Shown here piece after piece: positions 58,701-64,000 of a stretch of DNA of 64,000 nt (position 1 is its first letter; each line of letters starts with the position of its first letter). Position numbers and translations under genes: made by a program. The stretch comes from an uncultured archaeon (lineage in GTDB: Archaea > Thermoplasmatota > Penumbrarchaeia > JASLWR01). Location: the NCBI GenBank assembly GCA_964342815.1, contig CAYFHS010000004.1, forward strand, positions 1 through 64,000, read 5' to 3'. A model generated the notes under the pieces. That model worked only from the letters and a program-made list of their open reading frames with translations. It made no database searches and was not told where the DNA came from.

Positions 58701-60838
58701 GTGTATGGAATATATCATACAAAATCAATGACCGTTTAAATGTATCGGACAGATTTCCATTGGTCTATGCAGGCCCCCGATCCGACGTGGTCCTGCCTGA
58801 ATTATTGGTGGACAACACTTCTATAACAGCAAGCACCGGAGACCCCTTCATATTTTCGGCGGTATTCGATGACAATCTTGGCATCGTCCTGGCTAAAGTT
58901 TTCTACTCTTATGATGGATTTAACTACTTCGATGTTGTGATGAATCATATTGGCGAAGGGAGGAGGGAAAGCAGTATTGTCGTTCGCTCGAACGTAACTA
59001 AATTTTGTTACAAATTATATTGCAGGGACATCAGCAGGAATTCGATAAGCACGCCCGTTCAAAATGTATCCGTACTTGATAACGATGCCCCGGAATTGGA
59101 GGAAGACCTGACGAATACTAAAGCAAGTACGGGAGATCCCCTGACAATAGTTATGAAGGCAAGGGATAACATTGGGATCAACGAAAGCAACGTATTCGTG
59201 CGGTATTCCTTCGATGATATTCATTACCATACCGAAAGAATGCCTCTGGTCGAAGGAAGTTTCAACAAGACGGTCAATGTATCTTCCGATGCGCTCTTCA
59301 TTAAGTATTCTTTCAACTTCACGGATACTTCCGGAAATTGGCTCAACATCAGCCGTCCAAGAATATACGTGTATGACAATGATCCCCCCACCTTCATCGG
59401 TGAAATGATTACCGAAAAAAATATGACAACGGGGGATACTTTTAACTTTTCCGTCAGTGTCTCTGATAATATGAAGGTATATTCTGTATATATCAGGCAT
59501 TCCTTTTTTTATGGAGGTGATATTAATGAATCAATGGTTCCCTCGAATGAAAATATCTGGTACACCGTCGTCTCGATCCCACCCAACGCCACATCGGTGA
59601 ATTATTCTTTTTTCATTATGGACCACTCGCTAAACAGCATGAATACGGAGATGTTTTCCCGTCATGTAACCGACAATGATCCTCCTCTCGCAAATGCCGG
59701 AGAAGACATTCGTATTCGCCAATATGAGAAAACAATGTTCAATGCCAGCAAGAGCAATGACAACATAGGTATTACGGAATATTACTGGTCATTTGAATAC
59801 AACGGCACTCCTGTTGAATTATACGGGATGAACCCCCGTTTCACCTTTGAACATGCTGGAAATTACTCCATCACTCTTCACGCGACCGATGCAGCGAACA
59901 ACACGGGTATGGATGTAGTAAACCTTACTGTGAACCCCTCTGGGGAAGACGATGACGATACTGTCGGTGACGACGATGATACCGTCGGTGATGACGACGA
60001 TACTGTCGGAGACGATGATATGGCCGATGATGACTCCGGGCCGGAGAATGGCGGAGAGAAGGGCAGGGAAAATAAATTCGTCATTGGCTCAACGTTCCTT
60101 CTTATCATCATTGGTGTTCTGATTCTAGTGATTATAATCATTGTAATATTATTCGCTTTCATTAATCGTAAAAGGAAGAATGCGGTGGAAAAGCGTGACC
60201 CTGTGGAAAAAAGCACACCCGAGCCGATGACTGCAAAACCCATGGCGGATGAGAACGAGAATACATGTGGTGACTGTGGGTCAGGGCTTCGATTTGTGGA
60301 TCAATACCAGAAATGGTGGTGCGACAGCTGCGAAAAATACGAAGGAGAACCCCCGGAAGCGGGATATGCAGAAAAAGCATCGGAATTTGGCCCCATGAGA
60401 TATTCTGGTGGTCGTTATACGAGGAAGCCCGCCGAAAATTCCTCGAGAGATGCCGGGCCAAAAGATCCTGCGGCAGAAGTATCCCGGGGATATTCTTACC
60501 CTCCGCCTCCGGAACAACTGTATTTCCCTCCGCCTCAGAATGAGACAATTAGAGCGGAAAACTACTCTCTTGGAATTATCAATGATACGCCGACTGCACC
60601 CCCGCTGCAGCTTTACTTGCCGGAAGGACCCGGTGAAGTAATGAACGACGAACCTGATGCAACAGCATCCATTGAAGAGATGCCGCCCCCGGAACAAGTT
60701 CCCTCACCACCTCCCGCCAGCGGTGTGCAGGCTGTCCCCTCAGAGCCCGCATTTCCGATACCGGCTTCACCGGGAGTAATTCAGACAAAGCCCCTGCCTA
60801 CGGGTATGATGCTGGATGCTATTCTGGGCAACAAATAG
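55739..60838 (+). CDS. Giant cell-surface protein: signal peptide, long NosD/CASH beta-helix with an inserted jelly-roll domain, Ig-like and PKD domains, acidic linker, TM, zinc ribbon and Pro-rich tail
   Basis: YTTIQSAVNAASPGDTIYVYAGTY; many S.N.I..N.. repeats; PKD YYWSFEY; LIIIGVLILVIIIIVILFAFI followed by NRKRK; CGDCG...YQKWWCDSC. Confidence 0.88.
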   Translation: MKRSVLQSLLTLFLLLSVPAMQFICSVSEEEASAFSRPGNEGKPAAETYTGTRATRYVDDSGGQTYTTIQSAVNAASPGDTIYVYAGTYAEDVVIGKSVILTGQDRATTIIRGTGATDAVYISANGVQMSGFTVTGTGTGDSDAAIKLDGVTNCRIENNLCTPKNFQYTSVPFSDNFDDGSISPWTRSSNYAWVSTQTYNSYRYSMYLHGDSVTTTSPNINLQGASSATLECWIRRGGSFSEDPDNGEDLLVQYYDNGHVYKTIKTFAGNGIEGQIYRENINLPAGALWNSFKIRFYLIAGSGDGYDYWHIDDVKVTKYVNIHSGVRWGICLISSNGNVISGNDCTAADAGGIVLNGSRGNDVKNNTCQDMGKGISLQGSHGNRLEYNDCDRDDSGMYISSSNGNRLENNIVNNSIVGIQMVNSIGNDIDGNDLDRNDYGIHAVNPQGTNITNNSCRNCSSKGIEMIRGRGNVLCDNNGSGSPTGIDINNSEGNVICRNNLTDNHYGIDLSSSNRNEVHNNTITDPITIGIRLDQCSFNNITYNLCRGGTKGIEVNGGSGCHLKRNNCTGSDRGIDVLTSNGTRVMQNYCSGNKYGLKIEGGELNFVSGNELAGNQYGMNLSYSDNCTLDRNDCSNNDIGIAVFESNDNQVCNNIGSKTREVISLKGSDNNDVRGNNCSGSDYGMIFEESHNNEIINNTCHNNGIYGLGMGFSYNNTISGNSFIDNSEDGMNMRYSNNFTITDNTFRGNLDDGLDIQHSDNNTIFHNAINVMGANGIKLLFSDNNLISRNTCVNNSNSGINISHSNLNEITENFCNENNHSGIDLYRGIGMVLANNTCQLNKGSGFTGIYLDRTIFFNNTLNNNSACGLALIGSGNCEIIQNILYGNELSGIDIRDNSSYNKILYNSIAFNGFFGISVGSGNKKNKNEMRMNSTSNNTLHHNDLIENNHGGVQARDEGADNSWDDGERNGNFWYDFQNRYPSASNDGSVWNISYKINDRLNVSDRFPLVYAGPRSDVVLPELLVDNTSITASTGDPFIFSAVFDDNLGIVLAKVFYSYDGFNYFDVVMNHIGEGRRESSIVVRSNVTKFCYKLYCRDISRNSISTPVQNVSVLDNDAPELEEDLTNTKASTGDPLTIVMKARDNIGINESNVFVRYSFDDIHYHTERMPLVEGSFNKTVNVSSDALFIKYSFNFTDTSGNWLNISRPRIYVYDNDPPTFIGEMITEKNMTTGDTFNFSVSVSDNMKVYSVYIRHSFFYGGDINESMVPSNENIWYTVVSIPPNATSVNYSFFIMDHSLNSMNTEMFSRHVTDNDPPLANAGEDIRIRQYEKTMFNASKSNDNIGITEYYWSFEYNGTPVELYGMNPRFTFEHAGNYSITLHATDAANNTGMDVVNLTVNPSGEDDDDTVGDDDDTVGDDDDTVGDDDMADDDSGPENGGEKGRENKFVIGSTFLLIIIGVLILVIIIIVILFAFINRKRKNAVEKRDPVEKSTPEPMTAKPMADENENTCGDCGSGLRFVDQYQKWWCDSCEKYEGEPPEAGYAEKASEFGPMRYSGGRYTRKPAENSSRDAGPKDPAAEVSRGYSYPPPPEQLYFPPPQNETIRAENYSLGIINDTPTAPPLQLYLPEGPGEVMNDEPDATASIEEMPPPEQVPSPPPASGVQAVPSEPAFPIPASPGVIQTKPLPTGMMLDAILGNK
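59948..60019 (+). repeat. 21-bp coding tandem repeat (DDDDTVG), about 3.4 copies
   Basis: GACGATGACGATACTGTCGGT / GACGACGATGATACCGTCGGT / GATGACGACGATACTGTCGGA / GACGATGAT. Confidence 0.9.
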
Positions 60839-61361
60839 TAAGGAAAATGGCCCGATGCCCATGAAAGGAGAGACGATTGTCATGACGCCGGAAAGGAATT
60901 TATCAGACCGTTTCACGCATTCGGGGGTAAATGCTGAAGATGTGAGAAACGTCATGGAACTCTACAAAACCTCCATCGTACCGCTGTGGGATGAGACCGG
61001 GCGAGCCTATGACCTTGACCGCGTGGAGAAAAACATAGTAGAGAACCTTGAAAATCCGCTTTATTTCTTGCGATTATTTCACGATCGGGAACAAAAGAAT
61101 ACCATTGGATATCTGGCATGGGAAAAGCATCTTGATCATACGTCGAATCATATCGTTGCACATCTTCGCATGATACTGGTCCATCCGGATTACCGGCGTC
61201 AAGGGATCGCAAGCTATCTTATGGAAATTTTCGAAGATACGGCTGGACAGAACGGCTGTACGAAGATACTTTTCGACGTACTTTACGGCTCACCTGCAAA
61301 TCATTTCTACCAAAAGCTTGGTTATCGTCACTGGAGCAACTACATGGAGAAGTATCTTTGA
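60816..61361 (+). CDS. GNAT-family N-acetyltransferase
   Basis: ILVHPDYRRQGIAS motif A and ANHFYQKLGY; the true start may be downstream. Confidence 0.88.
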   Translation: MLFWATNSKENGPMPMKGETIVMTPERNLSDRFTHSGVNAEDVRNVMELYKTSIVPLWDETGRAYDLDRVEKNIVENLENPLYFLRLFHDREQKNTIGYLAWEKHLDHTSNHIVAHLRMILVHPDYRRQGIASYLMEIFEDTAGQNGCTKILFDVLYGSPANHFYQKLGYRHWSNYMEKYL

Positions 61362-61422
61362 ATTTATGATACGCGATAATTCTTGCAGTTTTCTCGATCT
61401 ATCCGGGAGAACCGAAAAAAAC

Positions 61423-64000
61423 TCATTCAGCTCTATCTCCATCCCGTTCATCGTAATATTCCTCTTCCTCGAATCCATCCTCATAAGCCCCTTCGCCGTC
61501 TTCCTCATCGCCCATGAAAGAGACCTCTCCGTCATCGTCATATGCAGGCAGATCCCCTACCTTATTTTCCCGCTCCCTCGCCCTATCCTCCTCGATCCCG
61601 AATTGTCTTGACTTCCACACCTTTTCGAGGGCCTCCTCCATTTTCTTCTTTTTCTTCCTCGCCATGATAATTACTGCGAGTACGACGATGAGACCGATCA
61701 GCATCAGCCCCCCCAGACCGTAAAGAACATATTGAATTGTGGAGGATTCGTCGGTTGTTTCTTCCGTTGGATCCTTGGGGTCCAAAACCGTTACAGTATA
61801 GGTCTGTGTAGCATCGCTCTTTCCATCATCGAGGGTCACCTGGAACTTGAAGTCCTTTCGTTCCGTACCCCCCATTAGCGCTTTCATCACTTTGAAAGTC
61901 ACCATCCCCTCATCATCAATGGACACGTAGTCTTCAGTGATCGAGAAAGTAAGTTCGTCATCCCAGGCAGGGTCAACTTCATAGCTGACCTTGAATTTGT
62001 ATATCTCGTTCACCCTTGCAGTGTGCTTCGTTTCGCCGGTTAACTGCGGTGGAAAATATTTCTTTTCCACTGTTATCGTAAAACTAATATTGGTGCTCTG
62101 GCCCCAGGGATCTGTGGCGGTGATGATAACGGTATGGGTGCCTATATCGGATACGATGGGTATATATTCGATGGTTCCTGCCGAACTGTGAATGTCGAAC
62201 AGATCCGTATCATCCGAATAGCTCACCCCGGAGATATTGTTGGTCAACGTAACAACCAGATCGAGCTGTTCGCCGATCTCCACCACCTGGGCCGGTATGA
62301 GCGCCATCATTGGCGGTTCGGTGGCCCTTGGACGGCTCACGTTCATAATCTGCCTTGTTTCCCCGCGGCCGTCCTTCACCGTAATTGTTAGTTTTAGGGT
62401 TCCCTCGAACTCATCCTCGAAACTGAGTTTTATCTCCCACGGGGCAAAGAAATCCACCGTTACATCGTCCGCATCCTCATGATCCACCTTCACCACCAGT
62501 TCATCCTTCTTGGTATCCGGATCGGAGATATTTTCCTCGAGGTCGATTGTATGCTCTTTCACATGTGCTCCAAGCGCGATATCCTCCAATTGAACTGTCG
62601 GTGGTTGGTTGCCAAACATCTCGAAGGAGACGAAATTATTCGTCTCGTTGGTCTCCGGGATGATGTTGTACGGGTCGGCTGCGATAATATACTGGCCCCA
62701 TCCGGGTTTTGGAGTGATAAGGATGTTCAGATTTGTCTCGTCGCCCTGTTCCATATAACCCACATCGTAGTACGCCCCTACCTTGTTTTCCGCCAATACT
62801 GATTCCCAGTAAACGTTGAACGTTATATCGTCAGCCCGAAGCGCACCGTCGTTGTGGGCGAATATGGATATCTTGGTACTGGCAGTGGTGGACACGTTAT
62901 AGCCCAGAGAGGATTGAACTGTGACTGCCTCAAGCCACAGGTCGGCTGCGATCACAGAAACCGGCTTCACTGCAATGTTGTTCTCCTCATCGGCCTCCGG
63001 CACCACGTTTTCGGGATCGGCAACTACAACTATCTTGTCCACCCCCTCCTTCGCCACCCAGTTCCCGGACACTTCCTTGCTGCTTCCGATATCAATTGTA
63101 CCGGCGATCACAAGATTTCCAATAATATTCCCGGCTTCGAAAGACCCCTCGTAGAATCCCACCTTGACTGAGTTCGCTGCAATTTCGCCGGTATTATGGA
63201 CCGTGGCTGTGATCGTTACATCCGTACCCACACCGGGCGTGGGATCTGACAGGGATATACTGCCCGCCACCCACAGATCAGCGGGACTCGTGGTAACGCT
63301 TGCCGTTGCGGTCCGGGGTTTGAGGCCGTTTGCATGGAACGTAACCGAAGGGCTGCTGCCAAGGTTCATCTGGTAGGGAACCGATACCCGTCCCTGGGCA
63401 TCGGCGGTGGCCGAGGAGTATTTGCCGCCGAGCTCGATGGTGACCCTTGCACCCGGCACCGCTTGCGAATTCGTATCTTCCACCGTCATATTCAACCAAT
63501 GGCTTCCTTCGAAAAGCGTTATTGGGTTGTTCTTGAAGTTCCGGGGAAACGAGGTCCATATGTCCAGAGCCGGATCCCCGAGGAAATTGTAGCCGTAGAG
63601 GTTGCATTTGGCGCCATGGGCCGCGGGCGTTGGCGCAGGGGTCATAAGACTCGGAATGATCTCGCTCCCATACTGGTCCATGGTCTCGTAAAAGGCATCG
63701 GCGGGTCGTCCGTCCATCTGGAAAAAATGATTCCAGAACCTGTCTGTGATCCACCAGTTGCCCCTGGAAACGTTGTTGGGGAACTCGCCGCGCCAGGACC
63801 TGCCCGAGTTACCGATCTGGCCTATGACTCCCCCTGTAGGTTTCGTATTCCACCGCTCGAGGTTTGTATCGTCCGCCTCGGAAAAGTTCAGGGTATCGCA
63901 GGTCGTCGAGAAAACAAAGGGCATTTTTCCGTTGTTGTTCGCAGCGTCCGCATCATCGTAATTGTAAGCTATGGCCCATGTGTTGCTGATGCCGTCCACC
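61423..64000 (-). CDS. Gingipain-like peptidase C25 family protein with CARDB and cadherin-like domains and a C-terminal TM anchor; 5'-partial
   Basis: FSTTCDTLNF (putative catalytic Cys), GGVIGQIGNSGRSW, YNFLGDPAL; two CARDB repeats (DL.V...; ADP.N...E.DE.NN); TM followed by RKKKKK. Confidence 0.78.
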   Translation of the reverse strand, partial: VDGISNTWAIAYNYDDADAANNNGKMPFVFSTTCDTLNFSEADDTNLERWNTKPTGGVIGQIGNSGRSWRGEFPNNVSRGNWWITDRFWNHFFQMDGRPADAFYETMDQYGSEIIPSLMTPAPTPAAHGAKCNLYGYNFLGDPALDIWTSFPRNFKNNPITLFEGSHWLNMTVEDTNSQAVPGARVTIELGGKYSSATADAQGRVSVPYQMNLGSSPSVTFHANGLKPRTATASVTTSPADLWVAGSISLSDPTPGVGTDVTITATVHNTGEIAANSVKVGFYEGSFEAGNIIGNLVIAGTIDIGSSKEVSGNWVAKEGVDKIVVVADPENVVPEADEENNIAVKPVSVIAADLWLEAVTVQSSLGYNVSTTASTKISIFAHNDGALRADDITFNVYWESVLAENKVGAYYDVGYMEQGDETNLNILITPKPGWGQYIIAADPYNIIPETNETNNFVSFEMFGNQPPTVQLEDIALGAHVKEHTIDLEENISDPDTKKDELVVKVDHEDADDVTVDFFAPWEIKLSFEDEFEGTLKLTITVKDGRGETRQIMNVSRPRATEPPMMALIPAQVVEIGEQLDLVVTLTNNISGVSYSDDTDLFDIHSSAGTIEYIPIVSDIGTHTVIITATDPWGQSTNISFTITVEKKYFPPQLTGETKHTARVNEIYKFKVSYEVDPAWDDELTFSITEDYVSIDDEGMVTFKVMKALMGGTERKDFKFQVTLDDGKSDATQTYTVTVLDPKDPTEETTDESSTIQYVLYGLGGLMLIGLIVVLAVIIMARKKKKKMEEALEKVWKSRQFGIEEDRARERENKVGDLPAYDDDGEVSFMGDEEDGEGAYEDGFEEEEYYDERDGDRAE

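Noticed and set aside
1-64000. Integrase, transposase, tRNA or rRNA genes
   Set aside because: No ORF shows tyrosine-recombinase or DDE/HUH motifs, and no cloverleaf or rRNA-like sequence was recognised by eye; a tRNAscan run would be needed to be certain.

Overview
A 64-kb stretch of a prokaryotic chromosome, most likely an archaeon of the Thermoplasmatota. This is inferred from GGAGG/AGGTGA ribosome-binding sites, TATA-type promoters, giant NosD/PKD/CARDB surface proteins with C-terminal membrane anchors and cytoplasmic zinc-ribbon tails, and an archaellin-like gene. Left to right: (1) a partial tetrathionate-reductase-like molybdoenzyme operon (catalytic A subunit, Fe-S B subunit, TorD chaperone, polyferredoxin, MobB, AEC transporter, TatC) facing a convergent 12-heme c-type cytochrome with membrane anchors at both ends; (2) an AT-rich accessory block (about 11.1-17.0 kb) of orphan membrane/secreted genes, several followed by related GC-rich imperfect palindromes with TAAC...GTTA ends, resembling an integron gene-cassette (attC) array with no integrase in view; (3) a complete seven-gene DapL-type lysine operon; (4) a large minus-strand cluster linking two GcvH-like lipoyl carriers, two lipoate ligases (one fused to a Cys-rich DUF116-like domain), a LipS2-type radical SAM enzyme, two UbiA prenyltransferases, a FAD-linked oxidoreductase lacking the usual hydroxyacid active-site motif, and a CCG-domain Fe-S protein split by about 5 kb of other DNA, with a convergent geranylgeranyl-reductase-like flavoprotein; (5) assorted membrane, toxin-antitoxin and regulatory genes, including a Cache-domain-fused pentameric ligand-gated ion channel homologue; (6) a MarR-ABC exporter operon, a giant beta-helix surface protein, a GNAT and a partial gingipain-like (C25) peptidase. 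No rRNA, tRNA, CRISPR array, transposase or integrase was seen. Family calls come from visual motif recognition, not database searches. Single-base deletions in homopolymer runs suggest some frameshifts may be sequencing errors.
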